Shown here piece by piece: positions 19,554 through 29,663 of a DNA stretch of 64,000 nucleotides (positions are counted from its first letter, which is position 1; the number at the start of each line of letters is the position of its first letter). The stretch is taken from the NCBI GenBank assembly GCA_023133415.1, contig JAGLWM010000002.1, forward strand, positions 24,081 to 88,080. The letters run 5' to 3'. This DNA is from Candidatus Pacearchaeota archaeon (GTDB lineage: Archaea; Nanobdellota; Nanobdellia; Pacearchaeales; GW2011-AR1). A model generated the notes under the pieces. That model searched no databases, was not told the DNA's origin, and was given only the letters and a program-made list of their open reading frames with translations. A program made the translations under genes and the position numbers.

Positions 19554-20036
19554 ATGGTTACGACTATTACTGATGTTTTGAATATCTGGAATGAGATAGG
19601 TGTGTTTTCTTATGTGATTCCGTTTCTGTTGATTTTTGCGGTTGTGTTTGCGATTTTGAAGAAGACGGGAATTTTGGGAGATGAGAATGACGGGATTTTG
19701 GCTATTATTGCGGTTGCGTTGGGATTGTTGTCGTTGCAATTTGATTTTGTGTCGGAGTTTTTTGCGGTAATTTTTCCGAGGTTTGGGATTGGGTTGAGTA
19801 TATTTTTGGTATTGATTATTTTGGCTGGGTTTTTCTTTCCTAAGGCTACAGGTGAAAAGGTTCCTGGTGGTTGGATTGGGATGGCTGTTGGGATTGGGGT
19901 TGTGCTCTGGGCGTTGAGTTCGTGGGATAGGTGGACTAGTTCTATTGGTTTTGGGGGATGGTTTACTGAGAATTTTTGGGCATTAATTGTATTGGGGATT
20001 ATTATTGCTGTTATCGTGATTGTGACTAAGAAGTGA
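19554..20036 (+). CDS. Multi-TM membrane protein, paralog 2
   Basis: IPFLLIFAVVFAILKKTGILG. Confidence 0.8.
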   Translation: MVTTITDVLNIWNEIGVFSYVIPFLLIFAVVFAILKKTGILGDENDGILAIIAVALGLLSLQFDFVSEFFAVIFPRFGIGLSIFLVLIILAGFFFPKATGEKVPGGWIGMAVGIGVVLWALSSWDRWTSSIGFGGWFTENFWALIVLGIIIAVIVIVTKK

Positions 20037-20094
20037 TGGAGTAAAATCTTTTGGGGTTGCAAATATTTATAAATATCTTTTTGGTTAATGTAAT

Positions 20095-20571
20095 ATGGTA
20101 GAAGCTTCGGTTTCAGCGATTGGGTATTTTATGCCTATTTTTGCATTTATGTTAGTGTTTATTGTAATTTATACTTTATTAAAGAGTACGAAGATTTTGG
20201 GTGAGAGTGAGGCTGTTATGCTTTTTATTTCGTTTATATTGTCGTCCTTTTTTATTGTAGAGGCGAGTTTGGTTGAGTTTGTGCAAGTTGGTGGTGCTTG
20301 GATGGCGGTTTTTGTCTTTGTTGTGTTTTTTTTGTTAGTGATTGTCGCGTTTATTCCTGGGATTGATTTGGCTAAGTTTTTTGGTGCAAAGAATTGGTTT
20401 GCTTGGGTTTTGTTGGGTTTGATGGTTGGGTTTTTTATCATTAGTTCGGCTTATATTTTTAATTGGGTTGTGAGCTGGGGGATGGTTAGGAGTTGGTTTG
20501 ATACGGAATGGTTTGGGATGATTTTACTGTTGGTTATAGCTGGGGTTGTTTCTTGGAAGATTAAAGCTTGA
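20095..20571 (+). CDS. Multi-TM membrane protein, paralog 3
   Basis: FAFMLVFIVIYTLLKSTKILG. Confidence 0.8.
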   Translation: MVEASVSAIGYFMPIFAFMLVFIVIYTLLKSTKILGESEAVMLFISFILSSFFIVEASLVEFVQVGGAWMAVFVFVVFFLLVIVAFIPGIDLAKFFGAKNWFAWVLLGLMVGFFIISSAYIFNWVVSWGMVRSWFDTEWFGMILLLVIAGVVSWKIKA

Positions 20572-20665
20572 TTTTTAGCGAAAATTTTGTCGTGATAATT
20601 TTTTTATGTGCGCATGCACACTGCAAAAATTCTAACTTAAAAATTTCCTGCTAAAAATCAAGCTT
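20564..20665. repeat. 102-bp fold-back element with 16-bp perfect inverted ends (MITE-like or structured RNA)
   Basis: AAGCTTGATTTTTAGC ... GCTAAAAATCAAGCTT; central near-palindrome GTGCGCATGCAC. Confidence 0.8.
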
Positions 20666-20779
20666 GTTTGAGATGTTATTTGCGAATGTCGCGCTTCATA
20701 AAGTGCTGAAAAATGTTGTTAACTTGTTCGCGCGGGAAAAGTAAAATTTATAAATAACATTAACAATAGTTTATTTATT

Positions 20780-21283
20780 ATGGTGAGTTTAAAAATAGAG
20801 GTGAAGAAGAAGGATGTTACTTGGGCAGTTTTTTTGGTTGTTATGTTGGCTGTCGGTGTTGTTTATGCTTATGGGACTTCTAATCCGTCGGTGATGGGGC
20901 ATAGTTGGAGAGAGATTAATTTTGATGATGATTTTTGTAAGTATGTGACTGGCAGCAATTGTGTCGGGGGAGGAGCTTGCGTAGATACTTCATGGTCTCC
21001 TAATAGTAATACAATTTGTAGTGGTGATAGTTTTACTCAGACAAGTAATTGTGGCAACACTCGGACTACTGTCGGGACGATGAGCTGTGCGCCTTCATGT
21101 GTTCCTGATGGTCAATTAGCTGAAGTAGGTCCTGCTCCATATCAAAATTGTCAAGGTGGAACATATCCAAGAACTAGTATTCAGTATAATACAGAGGCAT
21201 GGACGAATTGTTGCAGTGGAACAATTTCAAGGTTATGTGCTGTACCTGGATATAGTACCCAGAATACTATTATGTGTGCATAG
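20780..21283 (+). CDS. Secreted/membrane-anchored Cys-rich protein
   Basis: N-terminal TM, YAYG...PSVMGHS..EI motif, numerous Cys. Confidence 0.7.
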   Translation: MVSLKIEVKKKDVTWAVFLVVMLAVGVVYAYGTSNPSVMGHSWREINFDDDFCKYVTGSNCVGGGACVDTSWSPNSNTICSGDSFTQTSNCGNTRTTVGTMSCAPSCVPDGQLAEVGPAPYQNCQGGTYPRTSIQYNTEAWTNCCSGTISRLCAVPGYSTQNTIMCA

Positions 21284-21671
21284 CTATTGGTATATAATCT
21301 TTAAAGAAAAGCACAAGATATGAAATGCCTTGTGTCGTATTGTTTTTATTTTGCCGAATATTCCGTGTCTTGCCGTGGAGATGAAATTTGAGAAAACTCC
21401 TATATTTTCTTGTTGATTTTCTTTAGAATTTTCAAGATAATTTTAGAATAATTTCATTTAATTGCGTCAGCATCTCTTTTCTAAATCTTGATTTCCAGAA
21501 TATTCTATCTATTGTTATTATTTCAGATAGGTGTGTATTTTACATAAGTTTTTTCTTAGTTCAAAATTTGAAGTTCTATTATGGCAGGCAATAGATTTTT
21601 ATTATATAATATACTTTTTTTCATAAGATAATTTGACATGTTAGTTTGTTAATATATAGTTTAAATTAAAA

Positions 21672-22355
21672 TTATTTTTTACTTATCTTTTTCATTTCGT
21701 TAATATTATCGATTAGAGGGTTCATTAGTTTCGCGACGGTTCCGTGGAGATTGTCTAGATCTTTGTGTATCATTGCGGAAGATTCTCCGAATTCCCCTAT
21801 TTTTCCTAGAACTGCTTGTTGGAGTTGCTGAATTGAATTTTCTATTCTTTTTAGTCGGTCATCGATGTCATCAACTTTATTTTGTATTTGATTTTTGAAT
21901 GAGACAATGTCTCCGATTTTTGATTTGTAGTTTTCTAGTTTTTCGGTTGCTATTTGTTCGGCTATTTCAGATATTGTTCCGGCGTCAAAAGATCCCTGTG
22001 GTGCATAGTAGTCTTGTTCGGGATAGGCTTGCGGTGTTTCTTGATAGTATGCTTCTTGAGGTGGCAAGGGTTGAGGTGGCGAGATTTCTGGAGCTTGAGG
22101 CTGTGGCGTTGGGGGTATTTCTTGGGCTGGAGCTTGAGGCTGTGGAGATGGCTGTGGCATTGGTATTATTGAAGGTTGCATCCCTTCGGGAGTTGTTTGA
22201 GTTTCCGGGGGAGCCACAGCATTTTTGATCTTGGCCTGATTTAGGGAATCGTTTATTTCTGAAGGAGAGATTCCTTCATTTTGAAGCTGTGCCATTATTT
22301 CGGTATCAGATTTATTTTGTTGTTGCATTTCTATTACTCGATCAAGTGTTGCCAT
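21672..22355 (-). CDS. Pro/Gln-rich linker plus coiled-coil protein beside the pilus locus (likely start MATLDRV)
   Basis: ORF; the longer track start lies inside a family A/B repeat. Confidence 0.7.
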   Translation of the reverse strand: MATLDRVIEMQQQNKSDTEIMAQLQNEGISPSEINDSLNQAKIKNAVAPPETQTTPEGMQPSIIPMPQPSPQPQAPAQEIPPTPQPQAPEISPPQPLPPQEAYYQETPQAYPEQDYYAPQGSFDAGTISEIAEQIATEKLENYKSKIGDIVSFKNQIQNKVDDIDDRLKRIENSIQQLQQAVLGKIGEFGESSAMIHKDLDNLHGTVAKLMNPLIDNINEMKKISKK

Positions 22356-22476
22356 GATTTCTTTCTCTTTAGAAAAGAGAAATTTCTCTCGCGCCGTTCG
22401 GCACACCCCAAATTGCGGAATGCTGGGGCGAGTAGAGAAACTTTCTTTCCAAAACTTCGTTTTGATTTAATTCCAT
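22356..22476 (-). repeat. Family A repeat with nested family B hairpin (22391-22430); encodes MELNQNEVLERKFLYSPQHSAIWGVPNGAREISLF
   Basis: ATG 1 nt after the upstream TAA; element ends ...AAAGAAATC directly at the downstream ATG. Confidence 0.88.
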
Positions 22477-22477
22477 C

Positions 22478-22858
22478 TTATTCTTTAGGTTTTGTAGTTT
22501 TTATTTCTTTGTTAATTAATTTTTCGACATCTTTTTTCCGCATAAATTCTAATGGTTGAAAGTCTTTTAGCATTCTTTCAATGACAGCCATTTCTTCTCG
22601 TTTTACGAATTTGTTGAATTCGGTTAGCAGGGAGTTTGTGGTTTTTTTGATTTTTTCTAGGTCTTGTTTTATTTCTTGGTTGTTTTGTTTTAGTTCTTTT
22701 AGTTCATTGTCTGTGTCTTGTCTTGAGGATATTAGGTTTTTTCCTAAGAGGAGGACTCTTTCTCGAATTAGTTTGTTTCGTTCGTCTAGGTCTCGGAGTC
22801 TAGTATTAAAGTCGGAGAGGAGGAATTTTATTTGGCTGTCTTGTGGTAGGTCGACCAT
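22478..22858 (-). CDS. Coiled-coil hypothetical protein
   Basis: Heptad pattern; divergent from the secretion ATPase. Confidence 0.7.
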   Translation of the reverse strand: MVDLPQDSQIKFLLSDFNTRLRDLDERNKLIRERVLLLGKNLISSRQDTDNELKELKQNNQEIKQDLEKIKKTTNSLLTEFNKFVKREEMAVIERMLKDFQPLEFMRKKDVEKLINKEIKTTKPKE

Positions 22859-22934
22859 ATTGGTGATTAGTTTGAGAAGTTTATAATTGTTTAGTATAGA
22901 TATATTTTAATATTGTTTTACTTTTGTTTTGCTT

Positions 22935-25199
22935 ATGATGTTTAAGGACGATGCACCGCTTTATTCTTATGAGGTTGTGCGTGAAAGTGGCGAGAATGTG
23001 ATGTATGTGAATTATTTAGGGGCGATGATTGTTCCTTCGCTGATGGATTCGGCGGAGGTTTTTGGGAGAACGATTGATGATTTGAGGGAGGAGTCGAATA
23101 TTGCACGGATTGTTTTTGTGCAGCAGAGGAATTATTCTTATGATTTTGTACAGGTTAGGATGTTGATTGGGGTCGCAAATTTGTTTAATTTTTTGACTAA
23201 ACAGGAAAAGATTGTTTCGCCGGAGAAGTTGTCGCATTTGGGGGAGAATTATCATGATGCTTATATTTTTTTGAATCGTATTGTGAATGAGTTATTGTCT
23301 ATGGATCCGATTTTGGCCTATCGTGAATTGAGAGATAATCTTTTTAGTCAGCGAGCTAAGCTGGGAGTCGATAATGATGAATATGTTCGGGTTCTAGAAA
23401 GAGTTGTTGATTTTTTTGATGAGTTGGAATTGATTAAGAAGTTGAAGGGTTTTTTTGATTCGTATTCTGTTGGAGATCGGGCGATTTATGGTGAAGTTTT
23501 TCGGGCAGATATTATGCCGAATTTTACTTTTACGCGGATGATTGCGAAGTTGCCAGCTGATGCTGAGATTGTGAAGCAGTATAGGATAGCGGAGGGGAGT
23601 GATGAGAGTTTGGTTAGTATTTTTCGTCGGCCAAATAAGGCGAAGTTGATTTATCATTTGTCGCCGCCGGAATATTTGTTGGATGAGGATCATCATATGT
23701 TGCTTAATTTGGCTCGTAATGTTTTGATTGAACATAGGCCGACTTCGGAGGAGTTTGGTGATCCAGAAAGGATGAGGCAGATTTTTTTTAATGTTGCTCG
23801 GGATCTTTTGAGTGATTTGGCTTTGAGCAAAAATATTGTTTTGAGTTATCAGGATTTGAAGAAGTTGGCGAATATTTTGGTTAGGCATACGATTGGGTTT
23901 GGGATTTTGGAGGTGTTGCTGCGGGATGAGGAGCTGCAGGACATTATGGTTAATGCGCCGGTTAGTTTGTCTAATATCTTTGTGAGGCATAATGAGTTTG
24001 GGGAGTGTATTTCTAATTTGGTTCCTTCTAAGGAGGATGCGGATTCTTGGGCTGCTAAGTTTAGGATGACATCGGGTCGGGCTTTGGACGAGGCGAATCC
24101 GATTTTGGATACGAATTTGGATTTGGCAGATATTAGTGCGAGGGTTGCGATTATTCAGCAGCCGCTTTCGGCAGGGGGTCTGGCTTATACTTTGAGAAGA
24201 CATCGAACTTCTCCTTGGACATTGCCTTTGTTTGTGAAAAATAAAATGATTGATTCTTTGGGCGCGGGGCTTCTTAGTTTTATGATTGATGGGGCTCGGA
24301 CGATGTTGGTTGCGGGAACTAGGAGTTCAGGAAAGACGTCGCTTCTTGGTAGTTTGCTTTTGGAGATTATGCCAAATAAGAGGATTATTACGGTTGAGGA
24401 TACTCTTGAGTTGCCCGTTTCGAGTATGAGGAAGTTGGATTATGATATTTTGTCGATGAAGGTTAGGTCGGCTTTGATGGGTGAGTCGACGGAGGTTTCT
24501 GCTGAGGAGGGGATTAGAGCTAGTTTGCGTTTAGGGGATTCGTCGTTGATTGTTGGGGAAATTCGTTCGGAGGAGGCGAGGGCATTGTATGAGGCTATGA
24601 GGGTTGGGGCTTTGGCGAATGTTGTTGCAGGCACTATTCATGGCGGGACTCCTTATTCTGTTTTTGATAGGGTTTGTAATGATTTGGGTGTTCCGATTAC
24701 GAGTTTTAAGGCAACGGATTTGGTTGTGGTTGCTAATCCGATTAAGTCGGCTGATGGGTTACACTCTTGGAGACGGGTTTTGCAGATTACGGAGGTTCGG
24801 AAGCATTGGACGAAGGATCCGGAGGTTGAAGGAGGTTTTGTTGATTTGATGAAGTATGATGTGAAGGAGGATAAGATGAAGCCGACGGATGATTTGATGA
24901 ATGGAGATTCGGAGATTATGAAGGATATTGCGTCGAATGTTAAGGGTTGGGCTGGTGATTGGGATGCGGTTTGGGATAATGTTGTTTTGAGGTCGAAGAT
25001 TAAACAGGAGAGTGTTGATTTTGCGGAGAGGATGAAGATGCCGGAGATTTTGGAGAGTGAGTTTGTGGTGAAGTCAAATAATGCGTTTCATCAAATTTCG
25101 GATGAGATTGTTCAAGATGTTGGATTGCCGGTGGGTGATCAGGTTTTTCCGAAGTGGAAGAGATGGCTGGAAAGAGAGTCTAAAAAATTAAATCTTTGA
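22935..25199 (+). CDS. Type II/IV secretion ATPase (ArlI/FlaI/PilB/CpaF-like)
   Basis: GTRSSGKT Walker A, ITVEDTLEL Asp box, LRLG...IVGEIRSEEA Walker B, GTIH. Confidence 0.92.
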   Translation: MMFKDDAPLYSYEVVRESGENVMYVNYLGAMIVPSLMDSAEVFGRTIDDLREESNIARIVFVQQRNYSYDFVQVRMLIGVANLFNFLTKQEKIVSPEKLSHLGENYHDAYIFLNRIVNELLSMDPILAYRELRDNLFSQRAKLGVDNDEYVRVLERVVDFFDELELIKKLKGFFDSYSVGDRAIYGEVFRADIMPNFTFTRMIAKLPADAEIVKQYRIAEGSDESLVSIFRRPNKAKLIYHLSPPEYLLDEDHHMLLNLARNVLIEHRPTSEEFGDPERMRQIFFNVARDLLSDLALSKNIVLSYQDLKKLANILVRHTIGFGILEVLLRDEELQDIMVNAPVSLSNIFVRHNEFGECISNLVPSKEDADSWAAKFRMTSGRALDEANPILDTNLDLADISARVAIIQQPLSAGGLAYTLRRHRTSPWTLPLFVKNKMIDSLGAGLLSFMIDGARTMLVAGTRSSGKTSLLGSLLLEIMPNKRIITVEDTLELPVSSMRKLDYDILSMKVRSALMGESTEVSAEEGIRASLRLGDSSLIVGEIRSEEARALYEAMRVGALANVVAGTIHGGTPYSVFDRVCNDLGVPITSFKATDLVVVANPIKSADGLHSWRRVLQITEVRKHWTKDPEVEGGFVDLMKYDVKEDKMKPTDDLMNGDSEIMKDIASNVKGWAGDWDAVWDNVVLRSKIKQESVDFAERMKMPEILESEFVVKSNNAFHQISDEIVQDVGLPVGDQVFPKWKRWLERESKKLNL

Positions 25200-25235
25200 T
25201 TTGATTTTTTTGGAGAGGTTTTCTGTACGGATAAA

Positions 25236-25298
25236 TTCAGCTTTGCTGGAAAGGTTCACCTCATGGAGAAGTTCATGCTTCGCATGGAGGCTTGGTTG
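25236..25298 (+). repeat. Family D intergenic repeat, copy 2
   Basis: TTCAGCTTTGCTGGAAAGG...TCATGCTTCGCATGGAGGCTTGG, matches 8050-8128. Confidence 0.7.
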
Positions 25299-25414
25299 GT
25301 TGAAAAGATTTTTGAATGAAAGAGTTTTTGCGTTTTTATGAGAAAATTGTTTTGGGTTGTAATTGGTGCTGAGCAGGAAGGCTTTGTGTATAAAGTAGCC
25401 TCTGTGTATAAAGT

Positions 25415-25858
25415 CTAGAACTGTAAATTAGCTCCCATATGCTTTGTAACTTCCAAAACTATCTTATCAAAGGTTTTTCCTAAATTAAATTCACCAATAA
25501 ATCTATCAACATCTCCATTTATATGTTCTTTGAATAACCTTGTTGGGGCATCAACTCTTAGTATATCTTTAACAAGTTTTTTTGCCTTATCATTAATCAT
25601 TTCAGCATCAATAGGCAATCTATTTATCTGATTATATGTTCCATGGGGACTAGTAATGGGTATAGCAGTGAAATACTTTTCTCTTTTTATTTTTTCTTTG
25701 TCTGAGAGAACTAGAAATGGATGTCTACTTTTTGTACCCGTATTTAATCCATCAATATTTTTATATTTTCCATCTGTTTGAATATTAACCTTCCTCCCCT
25801 CTAGACAACAATTAAACATTAATACCATTCCCCGTTCTATATTTGGAAAAAGTGGCAT
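25415..25858 (-). CDS. PemK/MazF-like toxin
   Basis: KSRHPFLVLSD...FTAIPITS resembles the RP.LV.S...vvPiTs PemK pattern. Confidence 0.6.
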   Translation of the reverse strand: MPLFPNIERGMVLMFNCCLEGRKVNIQTDGKYKNIDGLNTGTKSRHPFLVLSDKEKIKREKYFTAIPITSPHGTYNQINRLPIDAEMINDKAKKLVKDILRVDAPTRLFKEHINGDVDRFIGEFNLGKTFDKIVLEVTKHMGANLQF

Positions 25859-25859
25859 A

Positions 25860-26090
25860 TTAAAATATTAAGAATTTTAATTCATTCGGAGATTCTTCTA
25901 TTACATTCCTTGTAACCTTACAGATAGAGGCACCAGAAATAAAAGAATCCATAATCATTGTAGTAAGTGCAAAGGAAGGATATTCTCCAGTCTCTTTATC
26001 TAAAAACTCTTTCATCTTATCGAATAATTCTTTTTCATTTATTTGTTCTTTTTTTTCTATTAACAAAACTTCTTCAAGATACTCACACAT
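25860..26090 (-). CDS. Small hypothetical protein in TA-like operon
   Basis: Overlaps or abuts both neighbours. Confidence 0.55.
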   Translation of the reverse strand: MCEYLEEVLLIEKKEQINEKELFDKMKEFLDKETGEYPSFALTTMIMDSFISGASICKVTRNVIEESPNELKFLIF

Positions 26091-26541
26091 CTAAATACTC
26101 TCCACTTTTTAATTCTTCTAATATCTCTTTTATTTGAGTCTCTTTATCTGAAAAATCTGTATGCTTTTCTTTGATTATTCTTATTATTTCATCTTCGGAA
26201 CAATTTAACTTTTTAAGGTAGTGAATTGAAGCCACAACTTCCAACCAAAAATTTTCTTTCCCATTGATAAAATTTAAAAAATTATTAAATTTATTCTCCA
26301 TAGATTCATCTTCAAATTTTATCTTATCCAAAGATTCAAAATCTACATTAAAACCATCTTTTGTAAGCTGGATTGAATATGGTCCATAATGATACCAATT
26401 AAATTCATATCCGATATTTAAATCAAACATACTCTGAAGTATATATGTGAACTTTTGTAATTTTAATCTGTTTTCAAAAGAAAACATATCAAAAGAATCA
26501 TATTTCCTATTTATTAATCCCGCTATAATATTTGGATTCAT
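26083..26541 (-). CDS. SocA/Panacea (DUF4065)/YwgA-like antitoxin
   Basis: RLKLQKFTYILQ...YEFNWYHYGPYS motif. Confidence 0.65.
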   Translation of the reverse strand: MNPNIIAGLINRKYDSFDMFSFENRLKLQKFTYILQSMFDLNIGYEFNWYHYGPYSIQLTKDGFNVDFESLDKIKFEDESMENKFNNFLNFINGKENFWLEVVASIHYLKKLNCSEDEIIRIIKEKHTDFSDKETQIKEILEELKSGEYLDV

Positions 26542-26610
26542 ATTAAAATTACTTTTATCACCCTTTATAAAATATAATGTATTCTAATGTTTATAAATAT
26601 AATGTATTTT

Positions 26611-26900
26611 TTCAGGTACCTAAATCTTTAAGTAGTTCAGGAACCTGAATTTACTATGAAGATTCGTAAAGTCTTAGACAAAAAAGTTGGTGAAACGGAA
26701 TACTCAAAGTATCTTGTTACACTCCCAAAGAATATAGTTTTAGAATCAAAACTTTTAGGAGAAGACGTTGAAGTAGTTCTAAAAAACGATAAAATAATTC
26801 TTCAGAAAAAGAAAATCTAGTCTAATTTCTAATTTAAGCATTAAATAAATTCAGGTACCGAAACATTTATATATCTAGCATTTGCTATTCAGGTACCTGA
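26611..26900. promoter_or_regulatory. Four copies of palindromic operator TTCAGG(T/A)ACCTGAA around promoters of the AbrB-like gene and transposase
   Basis: Copies at 26611, 26636, 26850 and 26888; TATA-like TTTATA nearby. Confidence 0.7.
26656..26820 (+). CDS. AbrB/MazE/SpoVT-like small DNA-binding protein (not in the ORF track)
   Basis: Hand translation MKIRKVLDKKVGETEYSKYLVTLPKNIVLESKLLGEDVEVVLKNDKIILQKKKI. Confidence 0.7.
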   Translation: MKIRKVLDKKVGETEYSKYLVTLPKNIVLESKLLGEDVEVVLKNDKIILQKKKI

Positions 26901-26923
26901 TATTACTCGGGAATTAAGACAAA

Positions 26924-28165
26924 ATGGAACAAGTATTAAAAACAAAATGGAAGCAAATGAATAGAGAGGAGCGAGGCAGACTACTCTACAACACCGTTAA
27001 AATAGTTAAAACTTCTACAGGTTGGAAAGTCCCTTCTCAAACACGAGGTGGCTCTGGAGACAGATACACTGTTAGATTTAATGGACATAAGCCTAAGTGT
27101 AATTGTCCAGATTGTTATATGAGAAAGAAAAAATGTAAACATATCTATGCAGTAGAGTTTTATATTAAACAAGAAATAAACAAAGAAGGTAGATTAAAAC
27201 AAACAAAGGGAATAAGAGTAACTTACGGGCAAAAATGGAATGCCTATGACAAATCACAAACTAACGAAAAATTAGTTTTTATGAAACTCCTAAAAGATTT
27301 AACAACTTTCGTTGAGCAACCTAAATATAAATTCGGTCGTCCAACTTTACCAATGTCCGAAATGGTTTTTAATTCGGTTATGAAAATCTATTCAACTTTC
27401 TCTCTTAGAAGATTCATGTCAGATAGCAAGATTGCGAAAGAATTTGGCTTGATTAATTTTGTGCCTTGTTATTCTTCAATTGGGCATTTTTTACAAAAAA
27501 AGGGATTGACTCCTGTTTTGATTAACCTAATTAAAACTAGTGCTTCTCCATTAAAAGACGTTGAAACTGATTTTGCTTGTGATGCTTCTGGTTTTTCGAC
27601 TTCAAGATTTGCCAGGTGGTTTGATACAAAATGGGGTAAAGAAAAGAAATATAGAATTTGGTTAAAAGCACACATTTGTTCTGGAGTGAAAACGAATATT
27701 ATAACTTCTGTAGAAATTACAGAGGGTCACGCAAATGATAGTCCTCAGCTTTCTTCATTAGTTCGGCAAACTGTCGAGCGGTTTGAGGTGAGGGAAGTTA
27801 GCTGTGACCGAGCATATAGTTCTAAGCAGAACTTACAGCTCATCGCAGATGAGGGGGCAACCCCCTTCATCCCCTTTAAATCAAATGTAAAAGGAAAACG
27901 TACTGGCGGTGGTGCTTGGAAAAAGATGTATCATTATTTTATGTATAAACATGAAGAATTTCTAAAGCATTATCACAAGCGTTCAAATGTCGAGACTTGT
28001 TTTCATATGATTAAAACTAAATTTAGGGACAATCTCCGAAGTAAAACCCAGACTGCTCAAGTTAATGAATTGCTTTGTAAAATTTTAGCACATAATATTT
28101 GTGTTGTGATTCAGGAAGTTAATGAGCTTGGACTTAGTGGGGAGTTTGTTGTGGAGGAAAAATGA
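26924..28165 (+). CDS. DDE transposase (IS4/IS5-like) with N-terminal SWIM zinc finger
   Basis: CNCPDC...CKHIYAV SWIM; ACDASGF, SCDRAY, YHKRSNVETCFHMIK (Y..R...E...K). Confidence 0.88.
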   Translation: MEQVLKTKWKQMNREERGRLLYNTVKIVKTSTGWKVPSQTRGGSGDRYTVRFNGHKPKCNCPDCYMRKKKCKHIYAVEFYIKQEINKEGRLKQTKGIRVTYGQKWNAYDKSQTNEKLVFMKLLKDLTTFVEQPKYKFGRPTLPMSEMVFNSVMKIYSTFSLRRFMSDSKIAKEFGLINFVPCYSSIGHFLQKKGLTPVLINLIKTSASPLKDVETDFACDASGFSTSRFARWFDTKWGKEKKYRIWLKAHICSGVKTNIITSVEITEGHANDSPQLSSLVRQTVERFEVREVSCDRAYSSKQNLQLIADEGATPFIPFKSNVKGKRTGGGAWKKMYHYFMYKHEEFLKHYHKRSNVETCFHMIKTKFRDNLRSKTQTAQVNELLCKILAHNICVVIQEVNELGLSGEFVVEEK

Positions 28166-29661
28166 TTAAAATCCATATTAATTGATTTGTCCTTAATGAT
28201 CCTCTCAGTTACTTCCCTTAATAATTTTCTTAATTGAAATATTTCTATATTTAGTTGGAATATTCCAATATCTTTATTTTTTTCATATTCTTTTTCCAAG
28301 TAATTATCTAAAGATAAATCTGCACTTCGATCAATTTTATTATAATATAATTTAGAAATTTCTTTCTGTTTTTCTTTTGAAAAATTAGGAATCAAAAATT
28401 TAACTAAAATATCAGGAGTTATCGCTGGGACTGTTCCCTTACATACGTATTTTTTTATAAGTTTTTGAAAAATCTGACTTGAAAAATAACAAAGAACAAA
28501 AATTTTAGTATGTATTTCACCATCAATGAATATCCCAGATGTACTTTGATTAATATATGTTTTTCCGAGAACTTTTTCATCGTAGAAAAATATATCCCCC
28601 ACACTTCCCCTAGATCCAAATATTAAATCTCCATCTTTTAGGGTATTATTCATCTTAGTATGCACCCATAATTCTTTTTGTAATATATTTTTATGGATGT
28701 TTTTTGGACTTAACCACAAATAAGATTCTTGGGACATATTATCTTTCGGATAATAGTAATCTTTTGGGGTTTGTCCAGTTTTAATATCCTCTAATGAAAT
28801 ATGAAAATACCCGCCACTATAATTTCTAATTAAGCTATTAATTTCCTTAAACTCTTCTCCATATAATCCAGTATCCAACCTACCCTCTTTTTTAATTTGT
28901 GAGATTTTTGGATAGTTAAATTTTGAATCATTTTTAATCTGATTTTTAATCAGTTCTTGTTTAATCTCTTGTTCAATTAAATCATTTTTTATTTTAATCT
29001 GATTTTCTTTGTCAATAATATTTTGAACCATGAACGAAACATATTCTTCTATTTTTTTGGGATAGGGGTGATTTTTTTTAGTAGGATAAGGAATATTTAT
29101 ATTTAAGAATCTTTTACCACCACGCCTCATAAGTCCAGCTCTTGGAACCTCTAAGTCACAAGCCTCTTGACCATATATATCCTTTAATAATGCAAATAAA
29201 TAAAATTTATTTATTCCAGGTTTCAATTCTAACTTAAACATATGGCTACTAAAATTATGATTAAGTTTATTTTTAGCTAATGCACATGCACCAATACTTT
29301 TATTGCTTCCAGTAGAAGTATAAATAATATCAAATTTTTGAATGTTTCTAAATTTATTTATTTTGAATGATTTATTCTTTTCGGGATTAATATATTCAAA
29401 ACAATTTGGACATTCAGAGTCTAATAAAAATTGCTCTCCAGTTAGAGATGCAGTTTTTAAATATTTAGAACTTGTATCAAAATCAACAAATTCCTCCTCA
29501 CTCATATCATTACCCTTTCCCACGTCAACCAATAAATCACTAAGTAATCTCATATTGGTATTCTTTAAAATAGTTTTGAAATCGGAAGCACTTAGGGAAC
29601 TCTCTTTATTAAATATTGTAGAAATTTTTACACTTTTCTGATCACTTACATAGCTTTCCAT
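28111..29661 (-). CDS. Restriction-modification specificity (S) subunit
   Basis: Two TRD-like halves (TGQTPK, GDLIFGSRGSVG, GTVPAIT...FLIP...QKEI); directly downstream of the MTase. Confidence 0.75.
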   Translation of the reverse strand: MESYVSDQKSVKISTIFNKESSLSASDFKTILKNTNMRLLSDLLVDVGKGNDMSEEEFVDFDTSSKYLKTASLTGEQFLLDSECPNCFEYINPEKNKSFKINKFRNIQKFDIIYTSTGSNKSIGACALAKNKLNHNFSSHMFKLELKPGINKFYLFALLKDIYGQEACDLEVPRAGLMRRGGKRFLNINIPYPTKKNHPYPKKIEEYVSFMVQNIIDKENQIKIKNDLIEQEIKQELIKNQIKNDSKFNYPKISQIKKEGRLDTGLYGEEFKEINSLIRNYSGGYFHISLEDIKTGQTPKDYYYPKDNMSQESYLWLSPKNIHKNILQKELWVHTKMNNTLKDGDLIFGSRGSVGDIFFYDEKVLGKTYINQSTSGIFIDGEIHTKIFVLCYFSSQIFQKLIKKYVCKGTVPAITPDILVKFLIPNFSKEKQKEISKLYYNKIDRSADLSLDNYLEKEYEKNKDIGIFQLNIEIFQLRKLLREVTERIIKDKSINMDFNHFSSTTNSPLSPSSLTS

Positions 29662-29663
29662 TT

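Noticed and set aside
21290-21660. Possible decayed gene (likewise 12945-13190 and 48570-48900)
   Set aside because: Fragmented frames with no motif I can recognise; would need BLASTX
11191-24203. Long antisense ORFs such as 11191..12003 and 23394..24203
   Set aside because: Shadow frames of well-supported genes, favoured by the strong strand skew
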